DNA from: Candidatus Thorarchaeota archaeon
Lineage (GTDB): Archaea > Asgardarchaeota > Thorarchaeia > Thorarchaeales > Thorarchaeaceae
Length of the DNA stretch: 64,000 bases
Reading direction: 5' to 3'
NCBI GenBank assembly: GCA_011364985.1
Contig: RDOC01000002.1
Span: 64,001-128,000, forward strand
Positions 39,102 to 49,396 of the stretch are shown here, piece after piece (position 1 is the first letter of the stretch; the number at the start of each line of letters is the position of its first letter). Position numbers and translations under genes: made by a program. The notes under the pieces are model-generated. The model made no database searches. It saw nothing but the letters and a program-made list of their open reading frames with translations, and was not told the DNA's origin.

Positions 39102-40136
39102 GTGTGGTCTTTGATTGATGAAATATTCAAGGTGATTCAAGATTCGCCATGGTTGTGTCCTGATTGTTCTGGGATGCTTGTGGTGAATCAAGGGTTTTTT
39201 GTGTGTACTGAATGTGGTTTAGCTGTTTCAAGAGAATATGTCATTCCTACCTACCAAATGGGAGAACAAAGGGGAACTGACACACCTGATGCAAGTGTAT
39301 TCGTGTCTCTCGGAAATAGAATGCATATTGTTGATGGACTTGGGAGTTATATTGGATTTCACAAAGAAAGATATTTCCAGGATGCGCATGGTCAAGTGCT
39401 TTCGTCACGAATGCAAAAGAAGTTTAAACGGCTTAAGACAGTCTATAGTACGCGCATTAGAATTGGAAAAGACGAGGCAAAGTATAGAGCACTCAGAACT
39501 CTCAATCACGTTTCAAAATTACTGATGCTAAATGAACAAGTGCGTGATAGGACAGCTTATCTCTACAAGAAGATAGTTTCGGAATCTTCGAACAAAGTTA
39601 CAAATAACATCCTTCTCATTGCAGTTTGTCTTCTTATGGCTGTTAGAGAATTCAAGGAGGGGGCTCCGATAACACTTGAAGAAATAGCCAGCACTTTTGA
39701 GAAATGTGGACATAGGGTTAATGTAAGAGCTATCGTAAGAGAAGCATTGCGACTTAAGTCTATAATGGGTGTGGCTCCAGAAATTCGGAAACCCGAAGAT
39801 TATGTTCCACGAGTTCTCTCAATGCTAATGAATAGCAGAAGAGTTGTTGACAAGGTCATTTCACGAGGATGGGATCCAAGAAGCTATGAGAATGCTCTGC
39901 GTGACAAAATCCTTGAATTACTGGAACTGATTCCAGCTTCGAAACGGGGCGGCCGAAATCCATTCATTTTCACTGTTTCAGCAGCGTATGCCAGTGATCG
40001 ATTAATTGCAGAGAAGCATAATAGACGTTCTGTATTGACCCAAAAGCTCACCTCAAGCGCCACAGAAGTAGCTGAATATAGTATTCGAGATCATTTTGGG
40101 ATGATGAAGCAAGTCGTGGCAATGTCCGATGAGTGA
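39102..40136 (+). CDS. Divergent transcription factor B (TFIIB) paralogue
   Basis: Zn ribbon CPDC...CTECG, GLGSYIG, two cyclin repeats (PITLEEIA; GRNP; TQKLTSSATEVAEYSIRDHF). Confidence 0.85.
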   Translation: MWSLIDEIFKVIQDSPWLCPDCSGMLVVNQGFFVCTECGLAVSREYVIPTYQMGEQRGTDTPDASVFVSLGNRMHIVDGLGSYIGFHKERYFQDAHGQVLSSRMQKKFKRLKTVYSTRIRIGKDEAKYRALRTLNHVSKLLMLNEQVRDRTAYLYKKIVSESSNKVTNNILLIAVCLLMAVREFKEGAPITLEEIASTFEKCGHRVNVRAIVREALRLKSIMGVAPEIRKPEDYVPRVLSMLMNSRRVVDKVISRGWDPRSYENALRDKILELLELIPASKRGGRNPFIFTVSAAYASDRLIAEKHNRRSVLTQKLTSSATEVAEYSIRDHFGMMKQVVAMSDE

Positions 40137-41841
40137 ACTTGAAATGATTGAAAAAGAAATAAAGATTGTAATCTGTTCAAAAAATAGATGCAAGGATTGT
40201 CAGCATGCCTCCGGTCTTGAATGCATGAATCTTGTAGAATTGCAAGACAATACAGATTTACGAATCGTCCTTCTAGTAGAGCAAAGCAAGGGGCTCATAC
40301 ACTTCAGCAAGCTTGTTCGACTACCGAAACGAGCTCCATGGTACAGCAACAGCTGGGATACTGTCTATGTTCACAAGGGAAGAATATTAGATGATCCTAA
40401 TGCTATTGTTGATTTCTATTCAACTGATCCCTATCTTTCCGTATTCTTCAAAGAAGAAAACAGTGGTGACCTATTCTATGAAGCATATCCTATTGTCCGT
40501 TCACCAATTGAAACAGCACTTGTAGAACAACTCGGACGCGATTTGTCACAGATTTTGGAGAAAGAATCTTCAGTTAGAGTAAAGCTAACAAATAGACTTG
40601 AGAGGCTTGCCTTGGCAGTTTCAAAGAAGATTTCAAAATTATTACCAGAAATTAATGATAGCACCCGTAGTAGAATATCAAGCATTGTTGCAAATGAGTC
40701 AACTGTAATTGGCCCGATGATTCCTCTTCTTCTGGATGACGAAGTTGAAGAGATATACCTTGACAGACCATGTAGCTCTCTATATTTTGACCATGCAAGA
40801 CATGGACGTAGTAGAACTTCACTGATACTTGATATGGATATTATTTCCCGTCTTGTAACCTTATTTAGAGCCGAAAGTAATTTGCATTTGGACCGAAAAA
40901 ATCCTTCCTTGAAGACGGATCTGAGTCTTCTTGGAAACTTACTTAGAGTGTCTGTTGGTGCTCCGCCTCTAGCTTCAGATGGCTTTCATTTGGAAATACG
41001 TCGTGCTCGCAAGAAACCATTGTCTTTGCTTGATTTGATAAAGAATGGAACGCTTACTCTAGAAGCAGCCTCCATTCTTATGCTTGCTCTTGGTTGTAGA
41101 TTCAACATTACGATAACTGGTGAGCCAGGATCAGGTAAAACTACCCTCTTGAACGCCTTGGATATGAGCAGCCCTCGTACTTGGAGAAAAGTCTACATTG
41201 AAGATGCTATAGAAAGCAGAACTCAATTGACGCACCATCAACTGAGAATCAGGGTTGATCCTGTTGACGAAGCTAATAGTAGATATAACAAGGACGTAGA
41301 GATTGTCAAGAGTTTACATAGATCGCCCGATTATTTAATACTGGGCGAAATACAGACAATGGAGCATAGTAGGTCCTTATTTCAAGCCATGGCAGCAGGT
41401 TTGCGCACAATCCAAACTTGTCATAGTTATTCTGCAGCAAGTCTGATTTCAAGGTGGGTATACAATCATCGAATAGAAGAATCAAGTCTAGCAATGATGG
41501 ATCTAATAGTGACTCTAAATAGACCAATCCCGGGTGAATCTTTGAGAAGAGTTGTCGAGATTGCAGAAGTGAAGAAGAGGATAGATGATGGGTTCTTACG
41601 TTTTGGAGGCTTGAATATACTCTATTCTGTTGTAGTCTCCAAACCGATCAGTTGGGCGGAAGATGGGGCGTTTCGGTTCCATGCCAACCAAGATGGATTC
41701 GAAAACCATATTCCTGCTTTTGAAATCATTGTGAAGATTCTTCGAGAAAACGTTCTTTCAATTACAGAAGAGAATAGCTTCCATTTGAGCGAGAAGCTCT
41801 GGGAATATGGACATCCCTTGAAGATTGTCGGTAGTGAATAA
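40129..41841 (+). CDS. Type II/IV secretion system ATPase (VirB11/TadA/FlaI family)
   Basis: PLLLDDEVEEIYLD, Walker A GEPGSGKTT, Asp box IED, RSPDYLILGEI, His box TCHS, RRVVEIAE. Confidence 0.9.
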   Translation: MSELEMIEKEIKIVICSKNRCKDCQHASGLECMNLVELQDNTDLRIVLLVEQSKGLIHFSKLVRLPKRAPWYSNSWDTVYVHKGRILDDPNAIVDFYSTDPYLSVFFKEENSGDLFYEAYPIVRSPIETALVEQLGRDLSQILEKESSVRVKLTNRLERLALAVSKKISKLLPEINDSTRSRISSIVANESTVIGPMIPLLLDDEVEEIYLDRPCSSLYFDHARHGRSRTSLILDMDIISRLVTLFRAESNLHLDRKNPSLKTDLSLLGNLLRVSVGAPPLASDGFHLEIRRARKKPLSLLDLIKNGTLTLEAASILMLALGCRFNITITGEPGSGKTTLLNALDMSSPRTWRKVYIEDAIESRTQLTHHQLRIRVDPVDEANSRYNKDVEIVKSLHRSPDYLILGEIQTMEHSRSLFQAMAAGLRTIQTCHSYSAASLISRWVYNHRIEESSLAMMDLIVTLNRPIPGESLRRVVEIAEVKKRIDDGFLRFGGLNILYSVVVSKPISWAEDGAFRFHANQDGFENHIPAFEIIVKILRENVLSITEENSFHLSEKLWEYGHPLKIVGSE

Positions 41842-41925
41842 TAATTTATGTAGTACTCAAATAATCCATGAATTTGGGGGTATTTAAAACATAAAGAACA
41901 TAGACAAAAGCATAGGTATGAATAG

Positions 41926-42129
41926 ATGAAGGCAATCAAAAATCCTCTCAAAGATGAAAGGGGAGGTCCATTGGTAGAAGAAAGCTTACTTCTTGGTCTT
42001 GCTGTGATTACCATTTCGATAGTGATTGCAGTTATTTTTCAGGCGACAGGTTGGGCACAAAATGTAGTTGCTGGGTTGCTTCAGCTATTAGAAGACAGCT
42101 GGAATGGTGTGACACATTTACTTCCTTAG
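41926..42129 (+). CDS. Flp/type IV pilin-like small protein
   Basis: Class III-like leader LKDERG|GPLVEE with Glu at +5, followed by a hydrophobic helix; 67 aa. Confidence 0.75.
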   Translation: MKAIKNPLKDERGGPLVEESLLLGLAVITISIVIAVIFQATGWAQNVVAGLLQLLEDSWNGVTHLLP

Positions 42130-42270
42130 TTTTGCCGTAAATTCATTATAACTATGAGACCCTTACATCTAAGAATAGAAACATACTTGATGAATCAATT
42201 ATAATAGATGCGGGGAAACCCTTATTTGTGGTTAGAGAGGTGCTCTCGCGCTCCAGACTGGCGCAATCAG

Positions 42271-42379
42271 GCTCCGGTAGATATGCTGTAATTTCATTCA
42301 GCATTACCGAGTGTAGTCCGGCCCAGCATGGGGGACTCTCGATCCCCCGACCCGGGTTCAAATCCCGGCCGGAGCACCA
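42271..42379 (+). tRNA. tRNA-Glu(CTC) with a 31-nt intron at position 10/11 (42281-42311), CCA encoded
   Basis: Acceptor GCTCCGG/CCGGAGC, anticodon arm GGGGA-CT-CTC-GA-TCCCC, T arm CCGGG-TTCAAAT-CCCGG. Removing the insert restores GCTCCGGTAG|TGTAGTCCGG. Confidence 0.9.
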
Positions 42380-42384
42380 ATTCT

Positions 42385-44349
42385 TCAACTGATTATGTTT
42401 CTTTTGTAAATTAGTGGAATTCCTACTATAATTATGGATAGTAGAATACTCAATGTGAGTCCAGATACACCGACACCTTGGGCTGCTAGTGCATCTGCCT
42501 CAGAAACAACTATCATAATATTTCCGTAGCATGAAGCAATTGTGGGCTGGACCTTAGTCTGGTAGTGAAGAATATGAGTGCCAATTCCTAATATGGGAAG
42601 ATGAATACTAACAAATCCATTTTCTTGAGATGTTGCCGTCATTGTGATTTTATTCCATGTATAACTGAAATCTACGTCTTTCAAATAGGTACCATTAAGA
42701 CCACGAATCATGAAGTTTACGATGATTTCCTGCGCTGGTGGAGTAATCTCGTAGCTGTCGGTCTGAATCGTTACAGGCATAACTCTTGTCACGACAAAAG
42801 GATAGGAAAGATTAGCTGACAGTTCTAATCCTGATTGTGTCCCGTAGTAGAATAGAGTGAAGACGTAGACATTTTCAATTACTGGAGCAACAAGATGAAT
42901 TTCAGCAACGCCTTCTGAATTCGTTGTGAAGATTTCTATTGTTTCGTTATCGAGACCCTTAAGTTCAATCAATCTCTCGGATATTCCACCGTTATGGTCC
43001 TTCAATTTGACTTCAAATGATATACCTTGTGAAGGAGATGCATATCCAAGGATGCTATTGGATATGATTACTAGATTTGGTTGAGACCATACGACAACAT
43101 CTTGGAAGTGAGTCGTATTTGAAATGTAGTTGTTGCCTGTGATTCTGATTTCTAGTGAATGTGAGCCTATGCAATCCTTGAATGCAAATGGAACATCTAC
43201 ATAGGTTAAACTATAGGCAATTCTTGTAGACATTTCCTCGCCTGATAACAGGTCATGTAGGTTAACTACAGAATTTGGAATATACCTACCTAAGGTATCA
43301 GAAACTTCAATTCTGAATATGTTATCGATTCCTAAAACTACATTGGTCGGAATTTTCGTATCTAAAAGAACTGGACTAATTACATTGAAGTTGACTTCGA
43401 TATAGGTAGCTGCATTACGATCTGTACCATTGTATTCTATTCTAACAGTATTTGGTCCAAGAAAGAATCTGGAATCTATGCTGATTTGGACCATGGCGTC
43501 CCCATTTTGGTTTGTTGTTATGGAATCAAAGAGAGCATTGTTAATAAGTAAGTCTAAGACAGAATTCGGAGTCCGGCCTTCGTGTGTTTCAAGATGTAGT
43601 TGAAATTCCAAAGTATCTGCCAAATTGACATTAGCAGGAAGAGAAGTATCCAAGTCTATGACACTTTCGATTTGTTCAACAGTGTATTGCAGAGAAATCT
43701 CAGCTTCAGAATGATGTGATTCTAAGCTTTGTTCAAACTTGACCAAAAAATCATTGATACCTAATGAGCTCCAAGTCAAATTGCACTGGAACATGAAGAA
43801 TGCGTATCCAGTTTCATTTGTTGTACTGGATGCCATTTCGGATGCAATTGAAAATAGAGAAACTTGTGCTCCGGCTATGGGTTCATTCATGTCATTTAGA
43901 AGTGTGAGTTCAAGGAGAAAGTAGTCGTTGGGATGCAGTGTTTCTGAGTAGTGTTCAATGATTATTTGTGATCTTGAGAGTATATGGATATAAGCCCATT
44001 GAGAAGAAGATGCAAGAGCTAGAGATTCATTTCCCAAGAAAGTTACGTTCACAGGTGTTATGCCCAAAGGATGATTCGATGGAATACTCCATATTATTGA
44101 CGCATAGCCCTCTTGATTTGTTAGCGCAGAACCTAGGCATACGTCCAAAATAGCATCATAGAAGCTAATGACTTGATCAGGAACGGGATCACCATACGTC
44201 CCATTTTGCAACAATTGTGCAGATAGAAGTATCTCATCTCCTCTGACCACAATAACCTCGCCTTCTGCATGAACATCTGTGGCATTAGATATTGATATGA
44301 CTATCAAACCAACAATACCAATGACTAATAGAGTAAGAAATCGTTTCAT
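42385..44349 (-). CDS. Membrane-anchored Ig-like repeat surface protein
   Basis: Signal peptide (MKRFLTLLVIGIVG...), repeated TNxxGxA beta units, C-terminal TM helix plus basic tail (YKRN). Confidence 0.8.
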   Translation of the reverse strand: MKRFLTLLVIGIVGLIVISISNATDVHAEGEVIVVRGDEILLSAQLLQNGTYGDPVPDQVISFYDAILDVCLGSALTNQEGYASIIWSIPSNHPLGITPVNVTFLGNESLALASSSQWAYIHILSRSQIIIEHYSETLHPNDYFLLELTLLNDMNEPIAGAQVSLFSIASEMASSTTNETGYAFFMFQCNLTWSSLGINDFLVKFEQSLESHHSEAEISLQYTVEQIESVIDLDTSLPANVNLADTLEFQLHLETHEGRTPNSVLDLLINNALFDSITTNQNGDAMVQISIDSRFFLGPNTVRIEYNGTDRNAATYIEVNFNVISPVLLDTKIPTNVVLGIDNIFRIEVSDTLGRYIPNSVVNLHDLLSGEEMSTRIAYSLTYVDVPFAFKDCIGSHSLEIRITGNNYISNTTHFQDVVVWSQPNLVIISNSILGYASPSQGISFEVKLKDHNGGISERLIELKGLDNETIEIFTTNSEGVAEIHLVAPVIENVYVFTLFYYGTQSGLELSANLSYPFVVTRVMPVTIQTDSYEITPPAQEIIVNFMIRGLNGTYLKDVDFSYTWNKITMTATSQENGFVSIHLPILGIGTHILHYQTKVQPTIASCYGNIMIVVSEADALAAQGVGVSGLTLSILLSIIIVGIPLIYKRNIIS

Positions 44350-44618
44350 TGGATTACCTTCGATTGAGCTAGTTGGCTACTATACTTGATGAGATGAACT
44401 CTCATTCCTTGTTGCAGCACAATTTCACAAGATGTGCGGCAGTTCCTTCTTTACGTTCTTCACACTCATTTTTAACCTCCTACAAATCCGGCTTCATATC
44501 TATTGAAAAAACAGAAGTCTGGGGGAGTTCATATGTGTTAGAAAGAACAGGAGCTTGGTCATGATTGTAGTACTTAGTATCCACGGATACTGCTGTTGAT
44601 GAAGCGAGTGATGTATTA

Positions 44619-47600
44619 ATGACTAGGTGTAAGAAAAGAAGAACAACCCATGATACTTCCGAAGAAGCAGTTTTACGGAGTACTTGGATTATTGAGGTTC
44701 TTTGGATTGTGACCACTCTGATTAGTTCACTCTACCTGCTTCTTGCATACCTATTGCCACTTGCTAATGTTACTGGTTCCCTCTACTTTCAGTTCAAATT
44801 CCAGATAGAGATTCTAGTCTGTATTGTCCCTCTTAGTCTGTCAATCATTATGACATTTGGTAGATTCGAGAGGAAAGAAATACTGATTACTATAAAGAAT
44901 GACATACTTGTTTTTAGTGTGGATAATCGATTGATTGGAATAAGTTGTCTTGATATTCTAACGGTGCCAGGATCTGTACGAATAGAAGATAGAAACCAGC
45001 CGGAGTATGATACGACATTTCTTTTAGCATTACGAGCTGGAATAAATGCCAGAGTTACTATGAGTTACGAAATTGGTGTTCAGAATAATGAACCGTTTCT
45101 TCGAATCTTCATTACTGCCTTAGGAAATGAGTTAGATGAAATAACTAGTAGAATTAGAACAGAAGCTACTAGAGCCGAAGCAATATTCTTAGCTTCATTT
45201 AATAATATTGAACTGAATCAGCTAAACAATATTGAATTAAGAAAAGCTGTGCTTTCCCATCTTGGAAAGGAATTTCGCGAATCGAATCGAATCACTCTTG
45301 ATGATTTCCCAGAGCATCAGACATTTCTCGTTTTGGAAGGAAAACCACGAGTAATGCCTTTGTATGATGCGTCTCAAGTGGGGACATTCATTTCGACTGT
45401 ATTGAAGCAAGGATATACAGCCAGTTTGTCCTGTGTCTTTTCTAGAGCCAAACCTGGAAGAGAACGAAGAAGACTTGAAGGAGAATGGAAATCGATACGT
45501 GCAAAGGAAAAGAGAAACGAAGACTCCTTGGAAGATCAGGCAACAAAGAAGAGGCTTCTTCGCCATTACAATGAGATTCAAGGAAAGGAAGCTTGGTTTG
45601 ATGTATCTGTGGCATTATCCATTGTTGGAGATAATGGGGATCATCTTCGGCAATCAGAAGAAGGTCTTTTGGGGTTATTTTACTCTATATGGGGTGGAGA
45701 TGAAACTATTGATTTGAGAAGAAGAAAATTGAATCGGAGAACGGCCTATCGAATGCTTGCAAGACGACATTTGAAATCTCAAAGGATGCATGTAAGCCGT
45801 CTTGCTGCTTTTGTTAATACACCGGTACAGCAATTGCCAGTAATTGCAGCTTCTCTTCTGCCCACATTTTCAATACCTCCAAATCAAGTTGTTGATAATG
45901 AACTTATAATAGGCAAGGTTTCTTTTGGAGGTCATAGGCTTAACGATGTAGGACTTAAAATTGAATGGCTACGAGAACATATCGCAGTACTTGGAGCAAC
46001 AGGGACAGGAAAGACTACCCTTGTGAAACAGCTAATGGCAGAACTTGGTGCAAAAACCGACATACCATGGTGGATTTTTGATATCAAAGGATCTGAATAT
46101 ATTGATTTGATGAATTCATGTCGTGGAGATATTCACGTTTTACGTCCTGGAGTCGATTCTTCCTTTGTAATTGATTTAATGGATTCCGAAATTGATTCCA
46201 TTGAAAGGCATGCACATACAACCTTTGCGATTTTAAAAGAACTACTTAGGGAAAGAGGGACATCATCAGAGCTAACCCCAGCAATGGAGAGACTACTTCG
46301 TTCTGCTGTTCTCTCAGTAGCAAGATCTGAACAAAATGAGAACTCGATACAGGCTCTTGTTCAGAAGATAGTGGAGTTATCAGATAAAGATCGAGTAGGA
46401 AGTATGACTAAGGATGCTCTCTTGAATCGTCTGGAAATCTTGTCACGAGAACCTCTCGGAGCTATTCTTGCTGGAGGTTCTTCCGCGATTAAGATTTCGG
46501 ATATGATGGAAAAACGAGTGATATTTGACCTACATCATGTAGCTATGGTTGGAGGAATGGAAGCAGCCAGACTGCTTTACAATCTTATTGCCAAAAGAAT
46601 TTTTGATTATGCCCTTCATAGAGGAATCACACCAGGGCTTCAACATGTTGTTGTTCTTGAAGAAGCTAGCAATTTGGTGCCAGAAAGCTATTCTCGTGAC
46701 ACTGCAGCTGATGTTACAACAGGAGAATCAATGGTGATGCTGCTTAGGGCTACAGGACAGGGAGTTGTTGTAATCTCTACGAGACCAAATATATCATCTA
46801 ATATTCTTGCAAACACATCTACAAAGATAACCTTTAGACTACCCTATGATAGCTCTATTGGCAGCAGATTCATGTCGCTTGATGAAACTCAAGAAAGGTA
46901 CCTTAGAGTTTTGAAAAGAGGTCATGCTTTGGTGATACTCCCTGGTACTGAAACCTTCGAGATGTTGACGTATCCTTTTGAAACATCGTTGACTTCAGAA
47001 GTAGTGCCAAGTAGAATATCAATGGAACATGAACAACCTATGGTCAGCACAGAGAATGAAATATCTTCACATGATGCTATTGAATATAAGAAACGACTTG
47101 TTGAATCTGAAATAGAAGAAAAGATTACGAAACATGGCACTGTCTTTGACCGAATTGGAGAAGTTGGAAATCATGTTGTAGCTTTTCTCGCATCAAGAGG
47201 AATGGCCACACAAAAGCAAATCCAAGCGCTTTTGACAACGATTGACTTCGGAATTGAGGATGAAGATATCAATGAGATGATCCGTGATCTTGTATCTCTT
47301 GGGACTATTGAAAGAGAAGCATTGTCACTAGTATCTGGAGGCTTTGTCTTTACACTTCCCGGTTGTGGTCTTGAAGCAGTAAAGGCTGCAATAATTGATT
47401 ATATTGTAAATCGTTTAGGATCATATTATCAGGAACAAGAGGAGAAAAGTAAAGGTGGACTAGATCTCCTTATCGATGATAAGGCCATTCTTATTCTACC
47501 TGAACATTTGAAAGCATCATCAATTGAAAAAGTACTTCATAGTATCAGAAGCCGAATGAATGTTCTAGGTAACAGCTTCGCAGAATTGATTGTGGTTGTA

Positions 47601-48419
47601 AGGGGGAGTGTTGCTGCGGCAAAGCTACGAGAAATGATGGATATTTCTGAGGATTTTGATGTTGTGAATGTTGTATCTGCATTTCCAAGTTCTTTAGACA
47701 ATATGATAGAGAAACTGATTCCTAGAATAGACCAAAAAGAAGTTCAGACAAAACAATCTTGTCTTGAATCATCTGAACCGGAATCTGAACAAATCGATCT
47801 TATTGGATCTATCCATGAGATGGGTACTGCTACTAGTCGAGCTATACAAATGAGGCTTTGGTTTCAGCTCATGCAGGATTTCATCGACCTTTCCGATGGA
47901 CAAGTGGAATGGTCAGTGCTGTTGGAGTTCATTAACACAACTGCTATGCAATCCTTGAAAGGAAGATCTACACTATTGAATGCAGAAGAAGGAAAGCGCG
48001 CCTTAACTGAGTTGCTTGCTGATGAAGTCCTTATTGCGGTTCGAGTTGGCAGTGGATTTGACTTCGTAGATCTGTCTGAAGGATTATGGGTTTTGAATTC
48101 TGTAGTTCTGGAAGGGCTACGAAATCGTGTCCTCGATGTGATTGAAACTGAACTGAAAAGGAGAAGAATGCAGGTCTTCAAGGGTCATGGATACTATGAC
48201 TTCTGTGCGAATGGGGTATCCTATGTTGTCTTTCCTAATCAGCAGCAATTGAATACTCTATTACATTTACAAAGTGATATTGCCTGCAGAACTTGCAAGT
48301 CCAGACAAATTGTCTGCCTTCTTACAGCAGCTGAGTATTTGGAAGATAATGTAGTTATGCCACAAAACATGCATTTGTTTGACTTTTCGGAGTATGTATC
48401 TGCTGTAGGTGTTTCCTGA
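44619..48419 (+). CDS. Membrane-anchored VirB4/HerA-like (DUF87) ATPase with large N- and C-terminal extensions
   Basis: Two N-terminal TM segments, HIAVLGATGTGKTT, FDIKGSEY, VVLEEA, STRP, wHTH-like segments after the ATPase domain. Confidence 0.82.
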   Translation: MTRCKKRRTTHDTSEEAVLRSTWIIEVLWIVTTLISSLYLLLAYLLPLANVTGSLYFQFKFQIEILVCIVPLSLSIIMTFGRFERKEILITIKNDILVFSVDNRLIGISCLDILTVPGSVRIEDRNQPEYDTTFLLALRAGINARVTMSYEIGVQNNEPFLRIFITALGNELDEITSRIRTEATRAEAIFLASFNNIELNQLNNIELRKAVLSHLGKEFRESNRITLDDFPEHQTFLVLEGKPRVMPLYDASQVGTFISTVLKQGYTASLSCVFSRAKPGRERRRLEGEWKSIRAKEKRNEDSLEDQATKKRLLRHYNEIQGKEAWFDVSVALSIVGDNGDHLRQSEEGLLGLFYSIWGGDETIDLRRRKLNRRTAYRMLARRHLKSQRMHVSRLAAFVNTPVQQLPVIAASLLPTFSIPPNQVVDNELIIGKVSFGGHRLNDVGLKIEWLREHIAVLGATGTGKTTLVKQLMAELGAKTDIPWWIFDIKGSEYIDLMNSCRGDIHVLRPGVDSSFVIDLMDSEIDSIERHAHTTFAILKELLRERGTSSELTPAMERLLRSAVLSVARSEQNENSIQALVQKIVELSDKDRVGSMTKDALLNRLEILSREPLGAILAGGSSAIKISDMMEKRVIFDLHHVAMVGGMEAARLLYNLIAKRIFDYALHRGITPGLQHVVVLEEASNLVPESYSRDTAADVTTGESMVMLLRATGQGVVVISTRPNISSNILANTSTKITFRLPYDSSIGSRFMSLDETQERYLRVLKRGHALVILPGTETFEMLTYPFETSLTSEVVPSRISMEHEQPMVSTENEISSHDAIEYKKRLVESEIEEKITKHGTVFDRIGEVGNHVVAFLASRGMATQKQIQALLTTIDFGIEDEDINEMIRDLVSLGTIEREALSLVSGGFVFTLPGCGLEAVKAAIIDYIVNRLGSYYQEQEEKSKGGLDLLIDDKAILILPEHLKASSIEKVLHSIRSRMNVLGNSFAELIVVVRGSVAAAKLREMMDISEDFDVVNVVSAFPSSLDNMIEKLIPRIDQKEVQTKQSCLESSEPESEQIDLIGSIHEMGTATSRAIQMRLWFQLMQDFIDLSDGQVEWSVLLEFINTTAMQSLKGRSTLLNAEEGKRALTELLADEVLIAVRVGSGFDFVDLSEGLWVLNSVVLEGLRNRVLDVIETELKRRRMQVFKGHGYYDFCANGVSYVVFPNQQQLNTLLHLQSDIACRTCKSRQIVCLLTAAEYLEDNVVMPQNMHLFDFSEYVSAVGVS

Positions 48420-48455
48420 TTCTTTGGAGACATATATAGTTAGACTTTTCTTTGG

Positions 48456-49259
48456 TTAAATGGCAATTCGAGTGCAAAGTACCTTTCTACCTCGAAGAAG
48501 CCCGGATAGAACATCCTTCTTTTGAAGATTGAATATTGCTATGTCGATTCCAGAATTGGACAGCCAAAAAAGCTCTTGGAGCTTCTTTGTCATTCCTCCA
48601 GTAACATCAGTGGCAGAAGAGGGCCCAGCCATTCTTAGTATTTGTTCTTTGTTCGATTGATCAATAAGAGGAACCAGTTTAGCTGAAGAATCAAGGTGTG
48701 GATCGCCTTCAAAGATGCCGTCGACGTCTGTTCCCATATATAGGGCATTGGCTTTGAGCCGCTTGGCAAGGTATGCAGCAATTGTGTCGCCACTTAAAAT
48801 TGAAGCTCCAAGAATATTGTCAAAGCATACATCACCATGTAGTATTACAATGATACCAGAGTCTATTGTTCTCTGAATGGATGTGATAGCAAAACTTTCG
48901 ATTATCCTGTCATTGAGCAAAACAAGAGAAAATGGAGAAAGTATAACGCTTTGAAGGTTATTAGCCTTCAAGATTGATTCTACCTCTAAAGAGAGTATAC
49001 TCATATTATGACGAATGTGTGGAATACCTCTAATCAACTGCCTTTTGTCTGTAGAAACATCGGAATAACCGTATGAATGTGCAGCCTGATGTCCATGTGC
49101 TCCCCCTCCAAGAACAAGGATAAGTTTTCCAGTGTAGTCTTTGATTTCCTTGGCTATTAGCGTTAGATTTGCTATATTGACTTTCGGAGGAACAGATGAT
49201 TTGTGTGTTATGACAGACCCGCCAAGCTTTACAATGATGAGTTTCTTTGCTTGAGGCAT
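48456..49259 (-). CDS. ipk: Isopentenyl phosphate kinase (amino-acid kinase family)
   Basis: VKLGGSVITHK, GGGAHGH, HGDV, SGD, DVTGGM. ATG at 49259. Confidence 0.9.
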   Translation of the reverse strand: MPQAKKLIIVKLGGSVITHKSSVPPKVNIANLTLIAKEIKDYTGKLILVLGGGAHGHQAAHSYGYSDVSTDKRQLIRGIPHIRHNMSILSLEVESILKANNLQSVILSPFSLVLLNDRIIESFAITSIQRTIDSGIIVILHGDVCFDNILGASILSGDTIAAYLAKRLKANALYMGTDVDGIFEGDPHLDSSAKLVPLIDQSNKEQILRMAGPSSATDVTGGMTKKLQELFWLSNSGIDIAIFNLQKKDVLSGLLRGRKVLCTRIAI

Positions 49260-49396
49260 TTGCTTAGTCAAGGCAGAAGGCCTTCTTATGGATATTCCCA
49301 TGTAATAAGTGGAATCTGATTTCAAACACAAGACAACCTTTTTATCCGTATCCAATTCCGTAGCTTTGGATACCTCAAGTGAGGATGAATTGCCGA

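Noticed and set aside
34729-48419. Integrated conjugative element or provirus at tRNA-Gly/tRNA-Glu
   Set aside because: No integrase, relaxase or duplicated tRNA 3' end (att) seen; core genes are interspersed and composition looks like the rest of the window.
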